Shown one piece after another: positions 10,083-19,619 of a DNA stretch of 32,000 nucleotides (position 1 is the first letter of the stretch; the number at the start of each line of letters is the position of its first letter). Position numbers and translations under genes: made by a program. The stretch is from Aliivibrio fischeri ES114. Its GTDB lineage: Bacteria > Pseudomonadota > Gammaproteobacteria > Enterobacterales > Vibrionaceae. The stretch lies in the NCBI RefSeq assembly GCF_000011805.1, contig NC_006840.2. One strand, given 5' to 3'. The notes beneath the pieces were generated by a model. That model was not told the origin of the DNA, did no database searches, and was given only the letters and a program-made list of their open reading frames with translations.

Positions 10083-10110
10083 AAGGCCTCTAATTTTAGA
10101 GGCCTTTTTT
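10083..10110 (+). terminator. Rho-independent terminator of fadL paralog 2
   Basis: aaggcctcta (10083-10092), loop attt, tagaggcctt (10097-10106): a perfect 10-bp stem followed by a T-run. Confidence 0.85.
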
Positions 10111-10224
10111 ATTGAACTTTACAACTGAAACACTCAATTCTAAATAAATCAACTTGATAGAAACGACTTTCAAGTTACACTTTTTATATTCATTCTTTAA
10201 GTGTGCAACTCGGAGTATTGATTT

Positions 10225-10830
10225 ATGTCTATACCTCAATCCATAAAACAGCAACCTATGCTGCTGAGCCTCACATCTCTTTATTCTGTGATATTTCTTT
10301 TTTCTGCTTTTGAGCCAATATCTCGAGCGGTATGGTTTGCTGAAATTATTCCTGCATTATTAATTTTAGCTGGCATTCTTTACATGTCGACACGCTTTCA
10401 GTTCAGCAAAACTGCCTTGGTATTTATGTTTATTTGGCTATTTCTTCATACAATTGGCGCTAAATATACTTTTGCCGACGTCCCTTTTGATTGGTTTAAT
10501 AACTTGATTGGGTCTGAGCGAAATAACTTCGATCGAGTCGCACACTTCTCAATTGGTTTTTACGCATACCCTATCGCTGAATATCTCATTAAAACAAAGA
10601 AATGCTCTACTCCTCTTGCGATGGCTTTTGGCTTATTCACATTAATGAGTGTTGCTGCTGGATATGAGATTATTGAATGGTGGTATGCCGCTATTGCAGG
10701 TGGTGATGAAGGGATTGCTTTTTTAGGATCTCAAGGGGATATTTGGGATGCGCAGAAAGATATGTTATGTGATACAACCGGCTCTCTATTTGCTTTATTA
10801 ATCTTATTTTTCCAGCGGAATAATCGCTAG
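10225..10830 (+). CDS. Polytopic inner-membrane protein, YjdF/DUF2238-like
   Basis: 201 aa with about 5-6 hydrophobic helices. The segments HTIGAKYTFADVPF and NNFDRVAHFSIGF resemble my recollection of the YjdF (DUF2238) family. No HMM was run. Confidence 0.55.
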   Translation: MSIPQSIKQQPMLLSLTSLYSVIFLFSAFEPISRAVWFAEIIPALLILAGILYMSTRFQFSKTALVFMFIWLFLHTIGAKYTFADVPFDWFNNLIGSERNNFDRVAHFSIGFYAYPIAEYLIKTKKCSTPLAMAFGLFTLMSVAAGYEIIEWWYAAIAGGDEGIAFLGSQGDIWDAQKDMLCDTTGSLFALLILFFQRNNR

Positions 10831-10892
10831 GTTTCAGGTTTCAGGTTTCAGGTTTCAGGTTTCAGGAGAATACTGACCGTGAAACCTGAAAG
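10829..10892. repeat. Heptamer tandem array (AGGTTTC)x5 plus inverted partner
   Basis: AGGTTTC is repeated five times perfectly over 10829-10863, then AGG. The array begins inside the TAG stop codon of the upstream CDS. The 14-nt segment gtgaaacctgaaag (10879-10892) is the reverse complement of two array units and can pair with the array in several registers. Confidence 0.9.
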
Positions 10893-10905
10893 ACTATTAC
10901 TGTTT

Positions 10906-11688
10906 TTACTCGTCTATTTCATCTAAATAGTCATCGATATCATCTTCAGCATCTAAATCAACTTCAGGTTCAATCTCAGCTTTAAAGTCTTGACGTTGTA
11001 AATAAACATCTCGTGTTAATACGTAAGGATCTGGTGACGCTTCTAGCATCGGTTCTTGCGAAATCAGCTGTACACGAGATTCCATGCCTTCTAATCCCCA
11101 CTTACCTAAACCTTGCCAGAAGTTAAGATATGACAGCGGCATATATAAACCATCAACAAAATCCCCAGCTTCTCGCAGTGTCCAAGGCCCGTAGCCAGGT
11201 AGCATAAAGTAAGGGCCATTACCTACACCATAATGTCCTAAAGCATCACCAAACGATTTACTGTCTGGTTTCTGTATATCTGCAGCACTAGCAATATCAA
11301 TTAAGCCAACGAGGCCTAATGTTGTATTTAGCCAAAAACGATTAAAGTGAACCATCGCCATATTGCCATTTCCCATGAGTAAATTATTTATCATGCTTGA
11401 TGGCTCATCTAAATTAGCTAAAAAGTTTGCAATCCCATATCGAATTGGGGTTGGCGTGTATTCGACATAACCAATAGACACAGGGCGAACTAGATATGGG
11501 TCTAAATAATCATAATTTAGACCCCACATTACACGGTTAAATCCTTCAAGAGGATCACTTACGTGCGTTTCTTCATATTCCGTATCAATCTGTTGTGTTG
11601 TATCTAACTCTTCTTCTGTTTGTTCTGGTGTTTGTGAGCAAGCACTCACAAAAAGTAGAATACAACAAGAAATCCATACTCTTTTCAC
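10906..11688 (-). CDS. mlaA: Outer-membrane lipoprotein MlaA (VacJ), phospholipid transport
   Basis: DPLEGFNRVMWGLNY and NRFWLNTTLGLVGLIDIA are typical VacJ/MlaA segments. Lipobox FVSAC follows (M)KRVWISCCILL. The preferred start is GTG at 11688 (AAGG 9 nt upstream). The ORF-track extension to 11811 runs through the ccmI terminator and encodes junk-like sequence. Confidence 0.85.
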   Translation of the reverse strand: MKRVWISCCILLFVSACSQTPEQTEEELDTTQQIDTEYEETHVSDPLEGFNRVMWGLNYDYLDPYLVRPVSIGYVEYTPTPIRYGIANFLANLDEPSSMINNLLMGNGNMAMVHFNRFWLNTTLGLVGLIDIASAADIQKPDSKSFGDALGHYGVGNGPYFMLPGYGPWTLREAGDFVDGLYMPLSYLNFWQGLGKWGLEGMESRVQLISQEPMLEASPDPYVLTRDVYLQRQDFKAEIEPEVDLDAEDDIDDYLDEIDE

Positions 11689-11790
11689 TACTAAAAACCT
11701 TTGCCAATAAGTAACTGTACCAATCGATATAAATAATTGTTCACTTAGTATGATTGGTATAACTATATGTATTTTATTATTATAGATGAT

Positions 11791-11822
11791 AAAAAACGGG
11801 CAGAAGCGCAACGCCTCTGCCC
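11791..11822 (-). terminator. Rho-independent terminator of the ccm operon
   Basis: Minus strand reads gggcagaggcg-ttg-cgcttctgccc, an 11-bp stem with one G-U pair, followed by gTTTTTT. It lies 25 nt after the ccmI stop. Confidence 0.85.
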
Positions 11823-11847
11823 GTTCTAGTATGACACTTGTGATGTA

Positions 11848-13065
11848 TTATTGATATTGCTTATCAATACTTAGTGATACATTTTTACCTAATGTACTTA
11901 CTTCACTTTCACCGTACCAGTCACCTGATTTTGTTGCTACATTGCCATCTTGGTCAATACGAGCGCGAACAATAAAGCTCTCCATATCTGACAATTTACG
12001 CTGTTCTATCATGTTGTTTTCATCTGACATCATGATTTTAAGCGGGAAGCGACTTAATGGTGCTCTTGCTGCTGCAATCGGCATTGGTGAACCATCTGCA
12101 GGGTGAATTGATACAATCACAAATCCCTGCTTTGGTAGTTGCACGTTATTACCCAGATTAATAGTAACAGGAACCTGCTTCTCTAATGTTGCTTCAGGGT
12201 TTAATTTAGATTGTGCACGTTCAATACTACGAACTAACATTTCATAACGAGAATCATCAGGGCCAATCAACATCTGCATTGCTTTCCATGCAGAAATAGC
12301 GCCTTTATAGTCTTGATTCTCAAATGAGTAGAAAGCAAGTAATGATAAAGCACGTAAATTTGTAGAGTCTTCACGTAGAGCTTCACGAAGTAATTGTTTC
12401 GCTTGCTCTGCTTTTGCTTCATTACCACTTAACATTAATGATTGAGCATAACCCAACTTAATCTCAGTATCTTTTGGTTTAAGTGCATAGGCTTTTTTCA
12501 TTGCACCAACTGATGTATCAATGTCACGATTCATCATACCAATACGACCAAGTAGCAACCAACCCATTGCATCATCAGGTTCGTGATACAATTTAGTTCG
12601 CAGCGCTAACGTAATATCTCTGATTTCAGAGTCTGTTAAACCTGCACTTTCTGGATCAAGTAATTGTTGTGATAATTCAGGTAAGCGTGCACTTACTTCT
12701 TGCCACTTTTCTACTTTATCGATATTGCCAAATTTAAAATATAAACCGTAAGAAATAGCGACAAGTACAATTATCGACGGAAGAATAAATAATCTTGCGT
12801 TTAAACTGTCTTGCTGTGCTTTTTCTTTTACTGGAATATCATCAAGCAATGATTGCTTAAGCTCTGTGATTAACTCTTCTTGGTTATTCACAAGACCTTC
12901 AGCATCTTCTTCTTCCAATTCAGCTAAGCGATCTTTATAAAACGCTTTATTTAATTCATCTCGACGAGCTTCATCATCTTGCGCTCTTGCTTTCCATAGC
13001 GGAAGAATAATAAAAAACACGCCAACAAAAATCAGGGCTAAGGTTGAAATCCAAAACAAAGTCAT
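11848..13065 (-). CDS. ccmI: Cytochrome c maturation protein CcmI (TPR-containing apocytochrome chaperone)
   Basis: 405 aa. Has an N-terminal TM helix, a second TM, then TPR-like repeats (AMKKAYALKPKDTEIKLGYAQSL...). It is last in the ccm operon. Its start overlaps the ccmH stop by 4 nt (ATGA). Confidence 0.85.
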   Translation of the reverse strand: MTLFWISTLALIFVGVFFIILPLWKARAQDDEARRDELNKAFYKDRLAELEEEDAEGLVNNQEELITELKQSLLDDIPVKEKAQQDSLNARLFILPSIIVLVAISYGLYFKFGNIDKVEKWQEVSARLPELSQQLLDPESAGLTDSEIRDITLALRTKLYHEPDDAMGWLLLGRIGMMNRDIDTSVGAMKKAYALKPKDTEIKLGYAQSLMLSGNEAKAEQAKQLLREALREDSTNLRALSLLAFYSFENQDYKGAISAWKAMQMLIGPDDSRYEMLVRSIERAQSKLNPEATLEKQVPVTINLGNNVQLPKQGFVIVSIHPADGSPMPIAAARAPLSRFPLKIMMSDENNMIEQRKLSDMESFIVRARIDQDGNVATKSGDWYGESEVSTLGKNVSLSIDKQYQ

Positions 13066-13577
13066 TTGTTTACCTTCCCATTGTCATTATTGTCTTCATT
13101 TAATAAAGCGTTCAAACGTTCTTCATGTTCGTTATCCCACTCTTCAGATTTTGCTTCTTTTTCTGCTGCCGTTTTACGACTGCGAATCACAATAAGACCA
13201 AAACCAAACACTAAGACACTTAATGGACCTAACCATAAAACAAGTGTTCCAGCCGTTAACGGTGGATCATAGGTTACAAAGTTTCCATAACGATCAATCA
13301 TGTATGAAATAATTTCATCATCAGATTTACCTTGTTTAGTCATTTCATACACTTTATGGCGCATGTCTTGAGCCAACTCGGCACTTGAATCTGCAATATT
13401 GTTATTTTGACATTTTGGACAACGTAAAGTCTGACCTAATTCTTTAAATTGCTGCTCTTGTTCTGGCGAATCAAACTCATATAAGTCAATCGTTGCGTAG
13501 CTTACTTGCACTGCAAATAAACTAAATGCAATCACTGCAAAACTGCGAAGACCTAATTTACGTAGGTTTAATTTCAT
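13062..13577 (-). CDS. ccmH: Cytochrome c maturation protein CcmH (NrfF family)
   Basis: Signal sequence followed by the LRCPKCQNNNIADS CXXC motif. Has a C-terminal TM helix. Confidence 0.9.
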   Translation of the reverse strand: MKLNLRKLGLRSFAVIAFSLFAVQVSYATIDLYEFDSPEQEQQFKELGQTLRCPKCQNNNIADSSAELAQDMRHKVYEMTKQGKSDDEIISYMIDRYGNFVTYDPPLTAGTLVLWLGPLSVLVFGFGLIVIRSRKTAAEKEAKSEEWDNEHEERLNALLNEDNNDNGKVNK

Positions 13578-14128
13578 TATTTCGCCTCCGCAACAAGTTG
13601 GTCGTACATTGGTTTTAGTGTTTCATTCCAATTACGCTCATTAACATCACCAACATGACGGTAGCGAACAATGCCATTGCTATCAATTAAGAAAGTCTCT
13701 GGAGCACCATACACACCTAGATCCATCCCTAACATACCATCACCATCAAAAAGAGTAATAAGGTACGGATTACCTAGCTCTTTTAGCCATTGCACAGCAC
13801 CTGCACGGTCATCTTTGTAGTTCATACCGATGATTTTTACGCCTTCTGTTGCTAGCGTATTTAAATACTGGTGTTCTGCATAACACGTTGGACACCATGT
13901 AGCCCATACATTTAGCAGTAAAGGCTCGCCTTTAAAGATGCTTTGATCATAAAGCTTTCCTTCTTGAGCAAGATCTTCTAAGCGGAATTCAGGTACTGGT
14001 TTACCTACCAGTACCGATTCAAGTTTAGTTGGATCATCACCATTTGAGTTGCGTGTTAACTGGGTAGCAAACACAGCGACTAAAATTAAAAACAGCGCTA
14101 ATGGTGCAAATAAAAAGTTCTTATTCAT
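13577..14128 (-). CDS. ccmG: Thiol:disulfide interchange protein CcmG/DsbE
   Basis: 183 aa. N-terminal anchor and thioredoxin fold with WATWCPTCYAEH and GVYGAPETFLID. Confidence 0.92.
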   Translation of the reverse strand: MNKNFLFAPLALFLILVAVFATQLTRNSNGDDPTKLESVLVGKPVPEFRLEDLAQEGKLYDQSIFKGEPLLLNVWATWCPTCYAEHQYLNTLATEGVKIIGMNYKDDRAGAVQWLKELGNPYLITLFDGDGMLGMDLGVYGAPETFLIDSNGIVRYRHVGDVNERNWNETLKPMYDQLVAEAK

Positions 14129-14131
14129 AAA

Positions 14132-16090
14132 TTAAGCTTCCTGTTTTTTAGCATTTTTACGGAAACGATAGCGTTTATCAGACATAGCTAATGCACCACC
14201 AAATGCCATAAACAATGAACCAGCCCAGATCCAACGAACGAATGGTTTGTAGTAAATACGTACAGCCCATGAACGGTTGTCATCTAAACGCTCACCCATT
14301 GCGATGTATAAGTCACGAGTAAAACCACGATCAATCGCTGCTTCTGTCATCATAGAACCTGCAGTTTCATAAAAACGTTTTTCAGCGTGCAATGTATTAA
14401 TCGCTTTACCATCTAATGTAATATCAAAATCAGCGGTATAACCATCATAGTTAGGACCATCTGTATCTCTAACACCTGCGAAATAGAACTGGTAGCCATT
14501 CATTTCAATGTGTTCACCTGGCGCTAAACGTACATCTTTTTCAATACTGTAGTTTTGCACCATAGCAATACCGATAATCGTAACGGCAAGACCAATATGA
14601 GCAAAAATCATAGCCCAGTGACTGCGTCCTAGCTTAGTAATACCCACAGAGAATGAGTGACGGTGCGTAGCACGTTCATACAACTCAAATCCATGTAAAA
14701 TCACAATCCAAATCGCCATCATCCAGCCTAAATACGGCATGAATTGGAATTTATCAGCAAACATCACCATCATTAACGCAGCAAGCGGTACAGTTATCGC
14801 ACCAGAAATCACAAGACGTTTTGATAGGTTGCTTAGTTTGTCTTTCTTCCAACGAATTAGTGGACCAATACCCAGTAGGAAAGCAAATGGGATCATCAAC
14901 CATGCAAATAGCATGTCGAAGAATGGAGCACCAATTGAAACAGAGCCTAAGCCTAGTTGCTTATGAACCAGTGGTAATAAAGTACCAACAAGTACCACAA
15001 CTAATGCTGTAACTAATAAAATGTTATTTGCTAATAACGCATTCTCACGAGAGAACAGAGAGAAGTTACCTCGAACACGAACTGATGCACCTTTTAAGGC
15101 AAACAGTAATAGTGAACCACCAATAACCATCACCAAGAAACCGAGGATAAACATGCCTCGAGAAGGATCTGATGCAAAGGCGTGAACTGATACTAAAATA
15201 CCAGAACGAACTAAGAATGTGCCTAATAAGCTTAATGAGAACGCTGAAATCGCCAGTAATACGGTCCATGCTTTAAACGTACCACGCTTTTCTGTTACTG
15301 CTAATGAGTGCATTAATGCAGTACCAACAAGCCAAGGCATAAATGATGCGTTTTCTACTGGATCCCAGAACCACCAGCCACCCCAGCCAAGTTCATAGTA
15401 CGCCCACCAAGAACCTAGAGAGATACCTACCGTTAGGAATGACCATGCAGCGATAGTCCAAGGACGAGACCAACGAGCCCAAGCCGTATCTAAACGCCCT
15501 GTCATTAATGAAGCAATTGCAAAAGAGAATGCAACAGAGAAACCAACATAACCCATGTAAAGCATTGGAGGGTGAATAATTAAACCTGGATCTTGAAGCA
15601 GCGGGTTTAAGTCACGACCATCAATTGGGAAATAAGGCAGAGTACGTAAGAATGGGTTAGAGGTTAAAATAATAAACAGTAAGAAACCAACGGTGATCCA
15701 CCCCATTACTGCTAATACACGCGCAACAGATTCTTGTGGCATACCACGGCTGAATGTCGCTACAGCAACAGTCCAACCAGCTTGGATTAATACCCAAAGT
15801 AATAGTGAACCTTCATGCGCACCCCAAACCGCGGTTAAACGATAGTACCAAGGTAATAAGCTGTTTGAGTTACTTGCTACATACTGAAGAGTGAAATCAT
15901 TAACGTAGAAAGCCCACATTAAAATTCCAAATGATAAACTTAGAAGTAAAAACATCCCCCAAGCTAATGGTCTTGCACTCTGCATTAATGCTTTATTACC
16001 ACGGCTTGCGCCATACATAGGTAATATGCTCAAAAGGACGGCAAGCCCTAATGAAGCAATCATTGCAAAGTGACCAAGTTCTGCGATCAT
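14132..16090 (-). CDS. ccmF: Cytochrome c heme lyase subunit CcmF
   Basis: 652 aa polytopic membrane protein with the WWD motif [14 protein letters not shown]. Confidence 0.93.
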   Translation of the reverse strand: MIAELGHFAMIASLGLAVLLSILPMYGASRGNKALMQSARPLAWGMFLLLSLSFGILMWAFYVNDFTLQYVASNSNSLLPWYYRLTAVWGAHEGSLLLWVLIQAGWTVAVATFSRGMPQESVARVLAVMGWITVGFLLFIILTSNPFLRTLPYFPIDGRDLNPLLQDPGLIIHPPMLYMGYVGFSVAFSFAIASLMTGRLDTAWARWSRPWTIAAWSFLTVGISLGSWWAYYELGWGGWWFWDPVENASFMPWLVGTALMHSLAVTEKRGTFKAWTVLLAISAFSLSLLGTFLVRSGILVSVHAFASDPSRGMFILGFLVMVIGGSLLLFALKGASVRVRGNFSLFSRENALLANNILLVTALVVVLVGTLLPLVHKQLGLGSVSIGAPFFDMLFAWLMIPFAFLLGIGPLIRWKKDKLSNLSKRLVISGAITVPLAALMMVMFADKFQFMPYLGWMMAIWIVILHGFELYERATHRHSFSVGITKLGRSHWAMIFAHIGLAVTIIGIAMVQNYSIEKDVRLAPGEHIEMNGYQFYFAGVRDTDGPNYDGYTADFDITLDGKAINTLHAEKRFYETAGSMMTEAAIDRGFTRDLYIAMGERLDDNRSWAVRIYYKPFVRWIWAGSLFMAFGGALAMSDKRYRFRKNAKKQEA

Positions 16091-16572
16091 TGACCCGTTC
16101 CTTGTTTTTGTTGTTCAGTATACTGAAGCGGTTCATGTGTCTTTTTCATCGCTTCTGCAACTTCTGGTGGCATGTATTCTTCATCGTGTTTTGCTAACAC
16201 TTCGTGAGCTTTAATTGTTGTTGCATCAACTAGAACACCTTGAGCAACAATACCTTGGCCTTCACGGAATAAATCAGGAAGAATCCCATCATAAATTACG
16301 GTCACTTGAGGGCCTACATCGGCAACCTTAAATGACACTTCAAGAGAATTATTATCACGTACAACAGAACCGGCTACAACCATCCCACCAATGCGTAGAC
16401 GTTGTCCAACCTCAGGTTTTGTACCGTCTGGTTTACCGTTAACTAATTCCGTTGGGGTATAAAACAAGTCCATGTTTTGATTTAATGCATACAACATTAA
16501 TCCCACTGTTGCACTGATCCCTACAAATAGAGCAAGGATCAATCCTAGGCGCTTTTTACGTCTCGGATTCAT
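16087..16572 (-). CDS. ccmE: Heme chaperone CcmE
   Basis: 161 aa. N-terminal anchor and OB-fold. [12 protein letters not shown] contains the heme-binding His. 4-nt overlaps with both ccmD and ccmF. Confidence 0.92.
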   Translation of the reverse strand: MNPRRKKRLGLILALFVGISATVGLMLYALNQNMDLFYTPTELVNGKPDGTKPEVGQRLRIGGMVVAGSVVRDNNSLEVSFKVADVGPQVTVIYDGILPDLFREGQGIVAQGVLVDATTIKAHEVLAKHDEEYMPPEVAEAMKKTHEPLQYTEQQKQGTGQ

Positions 16573-16775
16573 AGTGTATTCTCCATAGTTTTTGCTTTTT
16601 TAATTCGTTCTTCTCGTGCCATTTTTTGCTCAATCTCTTTTAGCAATTGACGACGTTTGCCTAAGCTAGAAAATAGAATCCAAAATAATGAAAGAAAAGT
16701 GGCACCAAATGCGCCCCACACATAAGTGGCATACCCACCCATGGCTAAAAAATCACTGAATGTATCAAAATGCAT
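16569..16775 (-). CDS. ccmD: Heme exporter small subunit CcmD
   Basis: 68 aa with a single TM helix, positioned between ccmC and ccmE. Confidence 0.8.
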   Translation of the reverse strand: MHFDTFSDFLAMGGYATYVWGAFGATFLSLFWILFSSLGKRRQLLKEIEQKMAREERIKKAKTMENTL

Positions 16776-16798
16776 GACAATAATTCCTATTTCTTACA

Positions 16799-17551
16799 TT
16801 ACTTAGACTCGGTAGATTTAGTCTCTACCAATGCTCTAACCCAAGGTCTGTGGCTCTCTTTTGCTAAAATTTCATTTCTAAAGCGAATAAGAGTCACAGA
16901 AGCGAAGAAAGTTGCAAAGCCAAGTATATTTAATAGCAATGGCCACAACATATCTGCTGAAATTGAAGGTTTATCAAACTTTGTGATGGTTGCGCCTTGA
17001 TGAAGCGTGTTCCACCATTCAACAGAGAAGTGAATAATTGGTAGATTAATCACACCAACAATCGCAAGAATACCTGCTGCTCGTGCTGCCGTTCTTTGAT
17101 CATCAAATGCGTTATAAAGCGCCATTACACCTAGGTATAAGAATAGAAGGATCAGTTCAGAAGTTAGACGAGCATCCCATACCCACCATGCACCCCACAT
17201 AGGTTTACCCCATACTGCACCAGTTAATAGAGCGATAAAAGTAAACACTGCGCCAATAGGAGCCATTGCAGCAGCAGCCATATCAGACAATTTTAATTGC
17301 CAAACTAGACCAATAAATGCAGCAATAGCCATCGACATATACGCGCCCATAGACAAAATAGCCGAAGGCACATGGATGTAGATGATTCTAAAACTGTCAC
17401 CTTGCTGATAATCAGATGGAGCAAAAGCAAGACCCCAGATGGTTCCTACTGTTAAGCTGATAATAGAAATCACCGCAAACCACGGTAATAGTGTGGTACT
17501 TAGTTGATACGCTTTTTCTGGTTTAGCGTAAGGATGTAGCCATTTCCACAT
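16799..17551 (-). CDS. ccmC: Heme exporter/handling protein CcmC
   Basis: 250 aa membrane protein with the WWD motif WGAWWVWDARLTSE. Confidence 0.92.
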   Translation of the reverse strand: MWKWLHPYAKPEKAYQLSTTLLPWFAVISIISLTVGTIWGLAFAPSDYQQGDSFRIIYIHVPSAILSMGAYMSMAIAAFIGLVWQLKLSDMAAAAMAPIGAVFTFIALLTGAVWGKPMWGAWWVWDARLTSELILLFLYLGVMALYNAFDDQRTAARAAGILAIVGVINLPIIHFSVEWWNTLHQGATITKFDKPSISADMLWPLLLNILGFATFFASVTLIRFRNEILAKESHRPWVRALVETKSTESK

Positions 17552-17594
17552 TGGTTTATCTCACTTACTTTCAAATATAAAAATTATAATTATG

Positions 17595-18263
17595 TTATTG
17601 CACACTGACTCGTAATGCCGAACTAATAGCAAACGGAGTCAATGTTGCAGAGCCCATTAATAAGGCCCCTAAAATCGCTAACTGGCCATTATAAGCCATA
17701 CCTAAACTTGCAGCATCTATTGCTGATGTTGCAAAAATTAAAACGGGAATATACAGAGGAAGGATCAATAAACTTAATAATACCCCTCCTTTTTGTAAAC
17801 CTACGGTTAATGCTACTCCAACACCACCAAGAAAACTCAATGTCGGCGTGCCCAACAATAATGTTAGTACAATCGCTAGCCAAGTATTAAAATCCAAAGA
17901 GAGCAAAATAGCGAGTAATGGACTAATAATAATTAAAGGCAGCCCAGTTAATAGCCAGTGAGCAACCACTTTGGCTAACACTAATACTGAAAGAGGTGTT
18001 GGCATTAACATCATTTGTTCTAGTGAACCATCAGAGAAATCATCTCGGAATAGACGCTCTAATGAAAGTAATGCTGATAATAATGCAGCAACCCAAACAA
18101 TACCTGCTGCAATACGTGCTAACAAATTTGGCTCAGGGCCAATACTTAATGGAAATAGCGTAATAACGATAATAAAGAACCATAATGGATTCAAAATATC
18201 GGCTTTACGACGAAAGGCAATCAAAAGCTCACGTCGAATAACAGTTGTCATTGATGTTAACAT
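17595..18263 (-). CDS. ccmB: Heme exporter permease CcmB
   Basis: 222 aa with 6 TM helices. Its start ATG abuts the ccmA stop (TAAATG). Confidence 0.9.
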   Translation of the reverse strand: MLTSMTTVIRRELLIAFRRKADILNPLWFFIIVITLFPLSIGPEPNLLARIAAGIVWVAALLSALLSLERLFRDDFSDGSLEQMMLMPTPLSVLVLAKVVAHWLLTGLPLIIISPLLAILLSLDFNTWLAIVLTLLLGTPTLSFLGGVGVALTVGLQKGGVLLSLLILPLYIPVLIFATSAIDAASLGMAYNGQLAILGALLMGSATLTPFAISSALRVSVQ

Positions 18264-18878
18264 TTACTCACCTAACCTAATTTTTTTAAGTTCATTACTA
18301 TCAATGAATAAATCTTGGTGAGTCGTTAATAACACAATTCCACCTTGTTTTGCATGATCCATAAATAACTTTTCGAGCACCTTTACACCTTGCTTATCAA
18401 TCGCAGTTAAAGGCTCATCCAGTATCCATAATTTATGATTACTTAACCAAAGACGCGCTAAAGCAACTCGTCTCTGTTGTCCTGCAGATAATTGTCCAGC
18501 GGCTACATCTTCTCTACCCGCTAACCCAACGCGAGCGAGTGCATCCCATATTGCAGCTTCGTTATAGTTATCATGCATTGATTGATAAAAGGCTAAATTC
18601 TCAAACGCCGTTAGCTCTCGTTTAACACCAGTATGATGTCCAAGAAACAGTAAGTCAGAATGAAACTCTTCACGATTCTGTTTTATTGATTCATTTTTCC
18701 AAAAAATATCGCCTTCATCAGCATATCCTAGCCCAGCAATAATTCGGAGTAAGGTTGTTTTACCCGCACCATTTTGTCCTTCTATCTGAATTAGCTCACC
18801 ATCAGAGATAGTAAAGTTTAAACGCTCAAACAAAACACGTTCATCACGGATACAGGTTACGTTGCGGATTTCTAACAT
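18264..18878 (-). CDS. ccmA: Heme exporter ATP-binding protein CcmA
   Basis: Walker [13 protein letters not shown] signature LSAGQQRR, Walker B LWILDEP. It is the first gene of the ccm operon. Confidence 0.92.
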   Translation of the reverse strand: MLEIRNVTCIRDERVLFERLNFTISDGELIQIEGQNGAGKTTLLRIIAGLGYADEGDIFWKNESIKQNREEFHSDLLFLGHHTGVKRELTAFENLAFYQSMHDNYNEAAIWDALARVGLAGREDVAAGQLSAGQQRRVALARLWLSNHKLWILDEPLTAIDKQGVKVLEKLFMDHAKQGGIVLLTTHQDLFIDSNELKKIRLGE

Positions 18879-19098
18879 AGACTTCTATTTATTGGAAAAT
18901 ATTGAAAGCATTCTAGCACAGCAAAAAATGGGAAACTTAGATATTAAACAAATCTAATTGGATAGATAAGTAAATAAATATGTCTTTTAGTGATAGTTTT
19001 GTAATACCTTGTAATTTGTATGGCTATCATAGAGTTAGTTTACGATTTTACAAATACCACTTTGTAGGTATGAAAGTTATTATCCTCAATTTATGGAT

Positions 19099-19124
19099 AA
19101 AAAAAGCCCCTCAAATGAGGAGCT
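19099..19124 (-). terminator. Rho-independent terminator ending the flagellar/chemotaxis operon
   Basis: Minus strand reads agctcctc-attt-gaggggct (one G-U pair) followed by T7. It lies 34 nt after the stop of the DUF2802 gene. Confidence 0.8.
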
Positions 19125-19157
19125 CTTAAATATTAATTTATCAATAGAAGCAGAAGA

Positions 19158-19619
19158 CTACTCTTCGTCTTCCATTCTCAATGGTGGCATTGACCCTTTA
19201 CCTGCTGCAATTTTCGCCTGTAAAGACATCATTAACTCTGCTTCTGCTTTTGGAAGTTCACACTCTTCCATCAACTCATTGATCCCAGCGCCAAGTTGAA
19301 CCAGCTTATTCGCTCTTGAATACAAACGACTATCTGCATCTGTATTTTCTAACTCATTTAAACGATCATCAAAATGTTGATTTAATTGAGTTATATCAGC
19401 TACTTTTTGCCCCATATTAATGGAGCCAGCACGAAACTCTACAAATTGCTTTTGCAGTTTTTGTTGTTCATCTTGCAGCTGCTTATATTGCTCTTGTGAT
19501 TCAGTTAACTGTTGCATTAACTGTTTATTCTTACGGTTTAATACCAAAAAAATCACAAGTACAAGGATCATTGTTGTTATTGCTAGTAGCTCAGGGAGCT
19601 GAGTTAAATTATCAACCAT
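19158..19619 (-). CDS. Small membrane-anchored coiled-coil protein, DUF2802 family (FipA-like)
   Basis: 153 aa. N-terminal TM helix (LLAITTMILVLVIFLVL), Q/E-rich coiled coil, and a C-terminal helical module (LYSRANKLVQLGAGINELMEECELPKAEAELMMSL). Its start overlaps the cheW stop by 1 nt (TAATG). Position and architecture match my recollection of the FlhF-interacting FipA proteins of polar flagellates. Confidence 0.6.
   Translation of the reverse strand: MVDNLTQLPELLAITTMILVLVIFLVLNRKNKQLMQQLTESQEQYKQLQDEQQKLQKQFVEFRAGSINMGQKVADITQLNQHFDDRLNELENTDADSRLYSRANKLVQLGAGINELMEECELPKAEAELMMSLQAKIAAGKGSMPPLRMEDEE

Noticed and set aside
10829-10892. Heptamer array considered as a CRISPR array or a canonical bidirectional terminator
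   Set aside because: The 7-nt units have no spacers, so it is not CRISPR. No U-tract is adjacent to the hairpin on either strand, so it is not a canonical intrinsic terminator. Kept only as an unexplained repeat or structure.
13066-18321. Antisense or overlapping short ORFs within the ccm operon (13066-13272, 14739-14966, 14821-15012, 15066-15269, 16770-17000, 17642-17890, 17689-17883, 17971-18321)
   Set aside because: All are nested in or antisense to ccm genes with diagnostic motifs. Their products are low-complexity and no independent start signals were seen.
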